Under the pieces are notes generated by a model that was not told where the DNA came from, searched no databases, and saw nothing but the letters and a program-made list of their open reading frames with translations. From a virus (taxonomy: Duplodnaviria > Heunggongvirae > Uroviricota > Caudoviricetes): 9,514 nt of DNA. Positions 1 to 6,329 of the stretch are shown here, one piece after another; the stretch's first letter is position 1; every line of letters starts with the position of its first letter. Made by a program: the position numbers and the translations under genes. The stretch lies in the IMG/VR virus record IMGVR_UViG_2711768021_000003; one strand, 5' to 3'.

Positions 1-195
1 TGGGTTATCGCTCGCCACGGGAATATCTACGGCAGCAAGCCAGTAATGGGTTAAGTGATAACAGGTGTCTGGAAATATAGGGGCAAATCCAGCGTTCATC
101 AGCCCCCGCATTGCCGACAGGATCACAGACGGGGGGCGCAACTGGTTGTCGTTCAACTGGCCCAGCTACCGTTCTTGTATCAGAGGTGTGGCTGC

Positions 196-1587
196 ATGAC
201 AACACCAGTCTGGCGTAATGATGACCTGGAAGGCGCTGTCATTGGCGCATTCTTTCTGCGTGGGGCAGATCATGAAGTGATGGATATTCTGATCACACTA
301 CCGGCGGACATTTTTTCTGTACGAGCGTATCGGGATATCTACACAGGCATCTGCAGACAGGCCCGTGTTTCAGGAGTGATTGACCCCGTGCTGTTGTGTA
401 ATGAGATGCCGGAACTTGCCCCGGTGATTACTGATACCGGGCGTAAAACCTGGGTGAAGTCTTCACTGGAGCACTATGTTGCAGCGTTGCGGCGCAATGC
501 CGCACTGCGCGATGCAGAAAAAACACTGAATGAGGCGCTGCAGAAATTACGTGATGCGCATACCTGTGAAGCAGCTGAAGATGCCCTGAAGGATGCGCAG
601 AACATGATGGTCACACTGTCGACAGGAAAGGGCGTCATTCAGCCGGTACATATTGATGATGTGCTTCCGGAAGTGGTTGAGCGTGTTGAATGCCGGAATC
701 AGGGGCTGGAGAAATCCAGGACGTTGATGACCGGTATTGATGAACTGGACGCAAAAACAGGCGGTATGGAGCCCGGAGACCTGGTATTCATTGCCGCCCG
801 TCCTTCGATGGGGAAAACCGAACTTGCGCTGGACATCATCGACAAGGTGACTGAGCAGGGGCATGGTGTGCTTCTGTTCACCATGGAGATGGCGAACATC
901 CAGATTGGTGAACGTATGGTGTCTGCGGCTGGAGGGATGCCAGTATCACGCCTGAAATCTGTGGCTCACTTTGAAGATGAAGACTGGGCGCGTTTCTCAC
1001 AAGGGGTGGGGCGGATGACCGGGCGCAATATCTGGATGGTGGACCAGGCGAACCTGACCATTGATGAGATATGCGCAACAACGAAACACCATCTGATTAA
1101 ACATCCGGAAACGGCGCTGGTGGTGGTTGATTATCTCGGGCTGATAAAAACCCGAACCACGGGGCGTCATGACCTTGCCGTGGGTGAAATCTCAAAGGGG
1201 CTTAAAGGCCTGGCAAAATCCGGTGGTTTTCCGTTGATTGCGCTGAGCCAGCTCTCCCGCGGTGTGGAGTCCAGACCCAATAAACGTCCCATGAACTCAG
1301 ACCTGAAAAATTCCGGAGAAATAGAGGCGGATGCAGACATCATTCTGATGCTTTACAGGGATGAAGTGTACAACCCGGATACACAGGCTACAGGCATAGC
1401 AGAAATTAATATCACGAAACAACGTAACGGTTCTCTGGGGACGATTTACCGGCGTTTTTATAACGGACATTTTCTGCCTGTGGACCAGGAAAGCGCACAG
1501 GTTCTTTCCACCCCAATGCGGCAGCCCCAGCCGCGCAGATACAGCAATACACGTACCGACAGCAGTAAGATGGAGCGTTTCTTTTGA
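196..1587 (+). CDS. Replicative DNA helicase, DnaB family (phage P22 gene 12-like)
   Basis: Long ORF open from 55; ATG at 196 is preceded by GAGGTG (183-188). Walker A 'AARPSMGKTE', Walker B-like 'ALVVVDYLGL', 'SQLSRG' and 'RPMNSDLKNSGEIEADADII' are typical of DnaB-type hexameric helicases. The 55-195 part of the track ORF is Arg-rich and not protein-like, so the start was placed at 196. Confidence 0.85.
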   Translation: MTTPVWRNDDLEGAVIGAFFLRGADHEVMDILITLPADIFSVRAYRDIYTGICRQARVSGVIDPVLLCNEMPELAPVITDTGRKTWVKSSLEHYVAALRRNAALRDAEKTLNEALQKLRDAHTCEAAEDALKDAQNMMVTLSTGKGVIQPVHIDDVLPEVVERVECRNQGLEKSRTLMTGIDELDAKTGGMEPGDLVFIAARPSMGKTELALDIIDKVTEQGHGVLLFTMEMANIQIGERMVSAAGGMPVSRLKSVAHFEDEDWARFSQGVGRMTGRNIWMVDQANLTIDEICATTKHHLIKHPETALVVVDYLGLIKTRTTGRHDLAVGEISKGLKGLAKSGGFPLIALSQLSRGVESRPNKRPMNSDLKNSGEIEADADIILMLYRDEVYNPDTQATGIAEINITKQRNGSLGTIYRRFYNGHFLPVDQESAQVLSTPMRQPQPRRYSNTRTDSSKMERFF

Positions 1588-1841
1588 ACAACCAGACAAT
1601 GACTTTTACCTCTGAACAATTGCGTAAACACGCGCAGGAAATGTTGCGACAGGCGGAACAACTGGAAAAAACAGGTGTAACAAAAGATGCCATTCGTCGG
1701 GATATGGTGCCAGCGCTCAGGGAACTGATGCAGGCGAAACATCGCGCACAAAAAGCGGTGGATGAGCTCGTTGATTGTGTGGCAGAGCTGGAAACCAAAG
1801 TTGGAAAGTTTGAAAAAATGGTGCAGGAGGTGCTGCGCTGA
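1584..1841 (+). CDS. Hypothetical small phage protein, predicted helical/coiled-coil, nin-region equivalent
   Basis: ORF overlaps the helicase stop by 4 nt. Start is either TTG 1584 (GGAG at 1572-1575, 8 nt spacing) or ATG 1599. Charged, heptad-like sequence (QAEQLEKT...AVDELVDCVAELETKVGKFEKMV). No family recognised. Confidence 0.5.
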   Translation: MNNQTMTFTSEQLRKHAQEMLRQAEQLEKTGVTKDAIRRDMVPALRELMQAKHRAQKAVDELVDCVAELETKVGKFEKMVQEVLR

Positions 1842-2212
1842 TGCGCCATGAGTTTATTTTACCTTATCCGCCGACGGTGAATACTTACTGGCGACGTCGT
1901 GGCAGCACATATTTTGTATCAAAAGTTGGTGAGCGTTATCGCCGTGATGTGACGCTAATTGTTCGCCAGCAGCGGCTGAAATTAAACCTGTCCGGAAGGC
2001 TGGCGATAAAGATTATTGCAGAGCCACCGGATAAGCGCCGTCGTGACCTGGACAATATCCTGAAAGCACCACTGGATGCGCTGACGCATGCCGGACTACT
2101 CATAGACGACGAGCAGTTTGATGAAATCAATATTGTGCGCGGTCAGCTCGTTCCTGGTGGGCGACTGGGCGTGAAGATTTATGAAATCACAGGTGATAAC
2201 GATGGCGCGTGA
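1841..2212 (+). CDS. rusA: Holliday junction resolvase RusA (crossover junction endodeoxyribonuclease)
   Basis: ATG 1841 overlaps the upstream stop (ATGA). About 120 aa with '[14 protein letters not shown]', '[19 protein letters not shown]' and 'LIDDEQ' matching the acidic catalytic core of the RusA family. Position after replication genes and before Q is typical for lambdoid phages. Confidence 0.85.
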   Translation: MRHEFILPYPPTVNTYWRRRGSTYFVSKVGERYRRDVTLIVRQQRLKLNLSGRLAIKIIAEPPDKRRRDLDNILKAPLDALTHAGLLIDDEQFDEINIVRGQLVPGGRLGVKIYEITGDNDGA

Positions 2213-2588
2213 TATTCAGCAGGTTATGGAACGGTGGGGGGCTTGGGCTGCAAACACTCATGAAGATGTATCCTGGGCGTCGATCGCTGCTGGTTTTAAA
2301 GGGTTAATTCCGTCGAAAGTGAAATCACGCCCTCAGTGTTCTGATGATGATGCAATGATAATTTGTGGCTGTATGGCCCGGTTGAACAAGAAAAATCAGG
2401 ATTTGCACGATTTGCTGGTGGATTATTACGTAGGTGGAATGACTTTTATGAGTCTGGCACGGAAACATGGGTGTTCGGATACCTGTATTGGCAAGCGCCT
2501 GCAGAAAGCGGAAGGGGTTATTGATGGCATGTTGATGATGCTTGATATCCGGCTGGAGATGGACAGATACGTAGAACGAATTATGTAG
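2202..2588 (+). CDS. Q: Late-gene antiterminator Q (phage 82 / QuuD-like family)
   Basis: ATG 2202 with AGGTGA 7 nt upstream, overlapping the rusA 3' end by 11 nt. '[18 protein letters not shown]...[53 protein letters not shown]' resembles the small Q antiterminators of E. coli lambdoid prophages, with a Cys-rich putative metal site. A sigma70-like promoter follows immediately downstream. The track start at 2181 lacks an RBS. Confidence 0.75.
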   Translation: MARDIQQVMERWGAWAANTHEDVSWASIAAGFKGLIPSKVKSRPQCSDDDAMIICGCMARLNKKNQDLHDLLVDYYVGGMTFMSLARKHGCSDTCIGKRLQKAEGVIDGMLMMLDIRLEMDRYVERIM

Positions 2589-2592
2589 GTGC

Positions 2593-2622
2593 TTGACCAG
2601 ACACATTGTCCGGGGCTATATT
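2593..2622 (+). promoter_or_regulatory. Candidate late promoter PR' (Q-dependent), sigma70-like
   Basis: TTGACC at 2593-2598 and CTATAT/TATATT at 2616-2622 with 17-18 bp spacing, 5 nt after the Q stop codon. Lambdoid late promoters sit directly downstream of Q. Confidence 0.45.
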
Positions 2623-2683
2623 CCTCACGCGCCAGCAAAATCTGGCGTCGGGATTGGAACCCCGGATAGAGACCGCGACAGAC

Positions 2684-2706
2684 ACACGCCGCGAGCGTGT
2701 TTTTTA
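2684..2706 (+). terminator. Rho-independent terminator candidate (tR'-like, ending a short late leader RNA)
   Basis: Stem ACACGC (2684-2689) pairs with GCGTGT (2695-2700), 5-nt loop, followed by TTTTTAT. Lies about 60-80 nt downstream of the candidate PR' start, as for the short terminated transcript of lambdoid late regions. Confidence 0.4.
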
Positions 2707-2833
2707 TTGTCGTATGCACGCGCACATCTGAATTATGGTGGGGCGCATGGGGGAGCTGAAAAGCTCGCCGGTCGGTTTCCCGGTAGTTCCAACCCTGTGC
2801 GTCTCACCACCCGATGATTGGAACCTGACGGTG

Positions 2834-2862
2834 TTGACAGTTTCAGGTTTGCAGTTTACATT
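2834..2862 (+). promoter_or_regulatory. Candidate sigma70 promoter inside the late leader
   Basis: Perfect -35 TTGACA at 2834-2839, 17-bp spacer, -10-like TACATT at 2857-2862. Sequence match only. Confidence 0.25.
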
Positions 2863-2897
2863 TCCCCGCGGTGCTCAAAACACCTCGAAAGCGGTAT

Positions 2898-2925
2898 CCA
2901 CACCCGATAGCCATGTGGTTTTTTT
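2898..2925 (+). terminator. Weak hairpin plus T7 run, possible second terminator/attenuator
   Basis: CCACA (2898-2902) pairs with TGTGG (2914-2918), followed by seven T (2919-2925). Short stem and long loop, so weak. Confidence 0.3.
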
Positions 2926-3068
2926 GTGTCCAGAATTCTTGGTTTATGACCGGGTGTGCGGCTAATACAATACCAGCAATGGAAATACGCCCGCCGACTT
3001 TCGACGGTTTTGAGCGCCCGGTCACCCTCTCAAAAGGGGTAAATCAAAATATTCGAAAGGACATGTCT

Positions 3069-3632
3069 ATGAATCGCACGTCTATTGAAAAACTCCCGTC
3101 ACTTACGCATAACCATCTTCCTGTCATGACAACAGAGCTGCTGGCTGATTTGTACGGAACAGAGCGCCAGCGTTTGACAAACAATTTCAATCGAAACAAA
3201 GAACGGTTTATAGAAGGTAAACATTTTTTCCTGATAGAAGGTGATGCGTTACGAGAGTTGAAGAACGAAAACTCTTTAAGAGTTTCTGTGAAAATTGCCC
3301 GTAACGTTCGCTCCCTCATCCTCTGGACAGAACGTGGCGCAGCCCGTCACGCCAAAATGCTCGAAACCGATCAGGCGTGGGAAGTGTTCGAAAAACTGGA
3401 AGACTGTTATTTCAACCAGAAACAGCCACCAGCGGCACAAAACACATCTATCGAAAATGATGGATGCGCATTACTGAGCCACTTCGATAAACACGGTCAG
3501 GTTGAGTTCACGGAAAAGGTACCCGCCGATGCGATGGTATGTACTCTGGAACGGTTTAAATTTTATCTGGAGCAACACGGGTGGATCGTTGCCCGTAAAG
3601 AGCAACTGGTGGAGCGGTTGATGCGGTTTTAA
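3069..3632 (+). CDS. ORF6N/Rha-like phage regulatory (antirepressor-type) protein; cargo gene in the late region
   Basis: ATG 3069 (or 3063) with AAAGG 9 nt upstream. 'LPVMTTELLADLYGTERQRLTNNFNRNKERFIEGKHFFLIEGDALRELK' and 'WTERGAARHAKMLETDQAWEVFEKLE' resemble the ORF6N / KilA-N-related DNA-binding domain of phage Ant/Rha-type proteins; the C-terminal ~70 aa are unassigned. Followed by a clean terminator. The track ORF start at 2871 is rejected because 2871-3068 contains a hairpin+T-run and non-protein-like sequence. Confidence 0.65.
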   Translation: MNRTSIEKLPSLTHNHLPVMTTELLADLYGTERQRLTNNFNRNKERFIEGKHFFLIEGDALRELKNENSLRVSVKIARNVRSLILWTERGAARHAKMLETDQAWEVFEKLEDCYFNQKQPPAAQNTSIENDGCALLSHFDKHGQVEFTEKVPADAMVCTLERFKFYLEQHGWIVARKEQLVERLMRF

Positions 3633-3707
3633 AAATTTTTTCCGAAAACTTTACGATCGTAAAAAGTTGAATATCCTGTTAAGAGTGGTTACTACGCCAC
3701 ACAGCTT

Positions 3708-3734
3708 AAACCCGCCGATGAGCGGGTTTTTTTA
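3708..3734 (+). terminator. Rho-independent terminator downstream of the ORF6N gene
   Basis: AAACCCGC (3708-3715), loop CGATGA, GCGGGTTT, then a T-run to 3733. Confidence 0.6.
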
Positions 3735-3783
3735 TACCTGAAAAACGGCACAGGACGTTAAACGTGCTGGTGGTCAGATGAGT

Positions 3784-3812
3784 TTGCAGATGTGATGACA
3801 TATGGTTATTAT
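3784..3812 (+). promoter_or_regulatory. Candidate promoter for the tRNA cluster
   Basis: TTGCAG (3784-3789), 17 bp, TATTAT (3807-3812), about 10 nt upstream of the first tRNA 5' end. Sequence match only. Confidence 0.3.
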
Positions 3813-3821
3813 TCTGCCTCC

Positions 3822-3898
3822 GGCCCTTTAGCTCAGTTGGTCAGAGCGAGCGACTCATAATCGCCAGGTCGCTGGTTCAAGTCCAGCAAGGGCCACCA
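3822..3898 (+). tRNA. tRNA-Ile2 (anticodon CAT, lysidine type) or tRNA-Met
   Basis: Manual cloverleaf: acceptor GGCCCTT/AAGGGCC, D-arm TAGCTCAGTTGGTCAGAGC, anticodon loop CTCATAA (CAT at 3856-3858), T-arm GCTGGTTCAAGTCCAGC, 3' ACCA. Strongly resembles enterobacterial ileX-type tRNA. Confidence 0.85.
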
Positions 3899-3899
3899 A

Positions 3900-3976
3900 C
3901 CACCACTAGCTCATCCGGATAGAGCATCAACCTTCTAAGTTGACGGTGCGAGGTTCGAGTCCTCGGTGGTGGGCCA
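3900..3976 (+). tRNA. tRNA-Arg (anticodon TCT, reads AGA/AGG)
   Basis: Acceptor CCACCAC/GTGGTGG, D-arm TAGCTCATCCGGATAGAGC, anticodon stem TCAAC/GTTGA with loop CTTCTAA (TCT at 3934-3936), T-arm CGAGGTTCGAGTCCTCG, discriminator G, CCA. Confidence 0.8.
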
Positions 3977-3978
3977 GC

Positions 3979-4054
<76 letters not shown>

Positions 4055-4057
4055 TAT

Positions 4058-4132
<75 letters not shown>

Positions 4133-4167
4133 GCGAGATTTGAGACGAAGGTTGTTATTTGCACTGA

Positions 4168-4179
4168 CACAATATTGTG
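4168..4179. promoter_or_regulatory. Perfect 12-bp palindrome CACAATATTGTG between tRNA cluster and holin (candidate operator)
   Basis: Exact reverse-complement symmetry read from the sequence. No match to LexA or Fur consensus that I can see. Confidence 0.25.
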
Positions 4180-4271
4180 TGGGAATGTCTGACTCCTTAC
4201 CATCTCCTGTTCTGTGATGTTGTTTTGTTGCAGTTCCAGTGCTCTTTTTTCAGCACCAGAATGGTGCATTG

Positions 4272-4559
4272 NNNNNNNNNNNNNNNNNNNNNNNNNNNNN
4301 NNNNNNNNNNNNNNNNNNNNNNNNNNNNNNNNNNNNNNNNNNNNNNNNNNNNNNNNNNNNNNNNNNNNNNNNNNNNNNNNNNNNNNNNNNNNNNNNNNNN
4401 NNNNNNNNNNNNNNNNNNNNNNNNNNNNNNNNNNNNNNNNNNNNNNNNNNNNNNNNNNNNNNNNNNNNNNNNNNNNNNNNNNNNNNNNNNNNNNNNNNNN
4501 NNNNNNNNNNNNNNNNNNNNNNNNNNNNNNNNNNNNNNNNNNNNNNNNNNNNNNNNNNN
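4272..4559. other. Run of 288 N (masked or unsequenced)
   Basis: Literal n characters. Hides the 5' part of the holin gene and its upstream region. Confidence 1.
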
Positions 4560-4661
4560 ATTGGTGTGCTGGGAAGTCTGCTTCTGGGGCTTCTGACTTA
4601 TCTGACAAATCTGTATTTCAAAATAAGAGAAGACAAGCGTAAGGCTGCGAGAGGTGAATAA
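4560..4661 (+). CDS. S: Holin, class II pinholin (phage 21 S21-like), 3' fragment; 5' end lost in N-run
   Basis: Visible C-terminus '[33 protein letters not shown]' matches the second TMD and charged tail of S21-type pinholins. Stop TAA overlaps the ATG of the downstream SAR endolysin (TAATG). Confidence 0.7.
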   Translation: MGVLGSLLLGLLTYLTNLYFKIREDKRKAARGE

Positions 4662-5022
4662 TGTCGCCATCATTACGCAAGGCTGTTGCAGCTGCTATTG
4701 GTGGTGGGGCTGTTGCTATAGCATCTGTGTTAATCACTGGCCCAGGTGGTAACGATGGTCTGGAAGGTGTCAGCTACATACCATACAAAGATATCATTGG
4801 TGTATGGACTGTATGTCACGGACACACCGGAAAAGACATCATGCTCGGTAAAACGTATACCGAAGCAGAATGCAAAGCCCTCCTGAATAAAGACCTTGCC
4901 ACTGTCGCCAGACAAATTAACCCGTACATCAAAGTCGATATACCGGAAACAACGCGCGGCGCTCTTTACTCGTTCGTTTACAACGTGGGCGCTGGCAATT
5001 TCAGAACATCGACGCTTCTTCG
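4661..5022 (+). CDS. R: SAR endolysin (T4-lysozyme-fold muramidase, phage 21 R21 / P1 Lyz-like); 3' end lost in N-run
   Basis: N-terminal Gly/Ala-rich signal-anchor-release segment '[20 protein letters not shown]'; catalytic E-x8-D-x5-T triad in '[16 protein letters not shown]'; '[15 protein letters not shown]' core. The track ORF 4661..5320 is an artefact of reading the N-run in frame into Rz. Confidence 0.8.
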
Positions 5023-5143
5023 NNNNNNNNNNNNNNNNNNNNNNNNNNNNNNNNNNNNNNNNNNNNNNNNNNNNNNNNNNNNNNNNNNNNNNNNNNNNNN
5101 NNNNNNNNNNNNNNNNNNNNNNNNNNNNNNNNNNNNNNNNNNN
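5023..5143. other. Run of 121 N (masked or unsequenced)
   Basis: Literal n characters. Hides the endolysin 3' end and the Rz/Rz1 5' ends. Confidence 1.
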
Positions 5144-5320
5144 GCAGTCTGTCAGTCAGTGCGTGAAGCCACCACCGCCTCCGGCGTGGATAATGCAACC
5201 AGCCCCCGACTGGCAGACACCGCTGAACGGGATTATTTCACCCTCAGAGAGCGGCTGATGACGATGCAGATGCAACTGGAAGGGGCACAGGAGTATATCC
5301 GCACTCAGTGCATTAAGTAG
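5144..5320 (+). CDS. Rz: Rz i-spanin, C-terminal part (5' end lost in N-run)
   Basis: 'AVCQSVREATTASGVDNATSPRLADTAERDYFTLRERLMTMQMQLEGAQEYIRTQC' is nearly identical to the C-terminal third of lambda Rz. Confidence 0.75.
   Translation, partial: AVCQSVREATTASGVDNATSPRLADTAERDYFTLRERLMTMQMQLEGAQEYIRTQCIK
5145..5258 (+). CDS. Rz1: Rz1 o-spanin, C-terminal part, embedded in +1 frame of Rz
   Basis: 'QSVSQCVKPPPPPAWIMQPAPDWQTPLNGIISPSESG' matches the proline-rich mature region of lambda Rz1. The lipobox and signal peptide are in the N-run. Confidence 0.7.
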   Translation, partial: QSVSQCVKPPPPPAWIMQPAPDWQTPLNGIISPSESG

Positions 5321-5362
5321 CCTTTTTATCGTGGTAAACATTTCGCAGGGTATGAGGTATTT

Positions 5363-5713
5363 ATGCCATCACTAATCCCACGTGCCTGCCGTAAGCGTGG
5401 ATGTGCAGGTACAACCACAGACAGTTCGGGTTACTGCGATAAACATCGCGGTGAAGGCTGGGTGCAGCACCAGCGCGGACTGAGCCGCCACCAGCGTGGC
5501 TATGGCTCAAAATGGACGGTGATTCGTGCCCGTATTCTGAAGCGCGATAAAGGTCTGTGTCAGTTGTGTCTGCGTGTCGGTGTGGTGAGCGAGGCGAAAA
5601 CCGTCGACCACATCATCCCGAAAGCGCATGGCGGAACAGACGCAGACAGCAACCTGCAGAGTCTGTGCTGGCCCTGCCATAAAGCGAAAACAGCGCGCGA
5701 ACGAATCCGGTGA
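5363..5713 (+). CDS. HNH endonuclease (packaging-associated, HK97 gp74-like)
   Basis: ATG 5363 with GAGGTA 5 nt upstream. Cys-rich N-terminus (CRKRGC...CDKH) and HNH core 'VDHIIPKAHGGTDADSNLQSLCWPCHKAKT'. Located immediately upstream of TerS/TerL, as in HK97-like phages. Confidence 0.8.
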   Translation: MPSLIPRACRKRGCAGTTTDSSGYCDKHRGEGWVQHQRGLSRHQRGYGSKWTVIRARILKRDKGLCQLCLRVGVVSEAKTVDHIIPKAHGGTDADSNLQSLCWPCHKAKTARERIR

Positions 5714-5735
5714 TAATTATTCTCACTTGTAGGGA

Positions 5736-5795
5736 GGGGCGGGGCAAATCCCTGTGACCTGACGTCTTCCGGACTGCCCGCCCCATCGTTTTTTT
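5736..5795. other. GC-rich inverted repeat plus T-run in the HNH-TerS intergenic region; candidate cos-region element or rho-independent terminator
   Basis: GGGGCGGGGCA (5736-5746) pairs with TGCCCGCCCC (5775-5784) with one bulge; 28-nt loop contains the palindrome GACGTC; followed by T7 (5789-5795). Confidence 0.3.
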
Positions 5796-5834
5796 ATACC
5801 CGCGAAAAATGAAATTTAACCAGGAGTGCCGCAT

Positions 5835-6329
5835 ATGGCTGGAACGGCGGGGCGTTCCGGGCGTCGCCCCAAGCCAACGGCGCGCAAGGCGCTGGCCGGA
5901 AACCCCGGCAAGCGAGCCCTGAACAAAGATGAACCTGTTTTTACGCCCATCAAAGGTGTTGAGCCACCAGAGTGGTTCGCTGAAGAAGATCTCCCTCTCG
6001 CCACGATCATGTGGCAACTGACAACCAAAGAACTCTGCGGTCAGGGCCTGCTGTGCGTGACTGACCTGGCGGTACTTGAGCGGTGGTGCGTGGCCTATGA
6101 GTTCTGGCGACGTGCCGTGAAAAATATTGCCATACAGGGCAACACCATCACCGGTGCAATGGGCGGCAGGGTCAAAAATCCGGAGCTGACCGCCAAAAAA
6201 GAACAGGAGTCCGAGATGAGCAGCACGGGGGCAATGCTCGGACTCGACCCCAGCAGCCGCCAGCGTCTGATTGGCCTGGCGGGGCAGAAGAAAGCCACTA
6301 ACCCGTTTCTGAAAATTATCGAATCATGA
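5835..6329 (+). CDS. Terminase small subunit (P27 family, HK97 gp1-like)
   Basis: ATG 5835 with AGGAG 8 nt upstream (the track GTG at 5826 is too close to the RBS). N-terminal '[26 protein letters not shown]' is the signature of P27-family small terminases. Stop overlaps the TerL start (ATGA). Confidence 0.8.
   Translation: MAGTAGRSGRRPKPTARKALAGNPGKRALNKDEPVFTPIKGVEPPEWFAEEDLPLATIMWQLTTKELCGQGLLCVTDLAVLERWCVAYEFWRRAVKNIAIQGNTITGAMGGRVKNPELTAKKEQESEMSSTGAMLGLDPSSRQRLIGLAGQKKATNPFLKIIES

Noticed and set aside
139-160. Direct 7-mer repeat CAACTGG (139-145, 154-160) upstream of the helicase
   Set aside because: Only two copies of a short motif; chance occurrence is plausible and no iteron-like array is present.
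55-195. N-terminal extension of the helicase ORF from GTG 55 (MITGVWKYRGKSSVHQPPHCRQDHRRG...)
   Set aside because: Arg/Gln-rich low-complexity translation with no RBS; ATG 196 has a good RBS and begins the DnaB-like N-terminal domain. Positions 1-54 may hold the 3' end of an upstream replication gene (frame-1 stop at 52-54), but the frame cannot be chosen from 54 nt.
1297-1849. Minus-strand ORFs 1297..1599, 1412..1849 and 1458..1751 overlapping the helicase gene
   Set aside because: Antisense to a strongly supported CDS, Cys/Ser-rich low-complexity translations, no RBS; typical spurious antisense ORFs.
2593-2965. Short + strand ORFs 2593..2817 and 2735..2965 in the late leader
   Set aside because: Overlap promoter and terminator elements, Arg/Gly/Pro-rich, no RBS; the region is more consistent with non-coding regulatory RNA.
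2871-3068. Upstream extension of the ORF6N gene ORF
   Set aside because: Contains a hairpin plus T7 run (2898-2925) and promoter-like sequence, has non-protein-like composition, and lacks an RBS; ATG 3069 has one.
4133-4559. Possible Shiga toxin or other toxin genes between the tRNAs and the holin
   Set aside because: The position is analogous to the stx locus, but no toxin ORF is visible in the unmasked 4133-4271 and the masked 288 nt is too short for stxAB if the mask preserves length. Cannot be excluded if the gap is not length-preserving.
4896-5258. Track ORFs 4896..5258(+) and 5001..5198(-) spanning the second N-run, and the 4661..5320 ORF read as one 219-aa protein
   Set aside because: Reading through N merges separate genes. 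The real content is the endolysin 5' part, the Rz C-terminus and the Rz1 C-terminus; the minus-strand ORF is an artefact.
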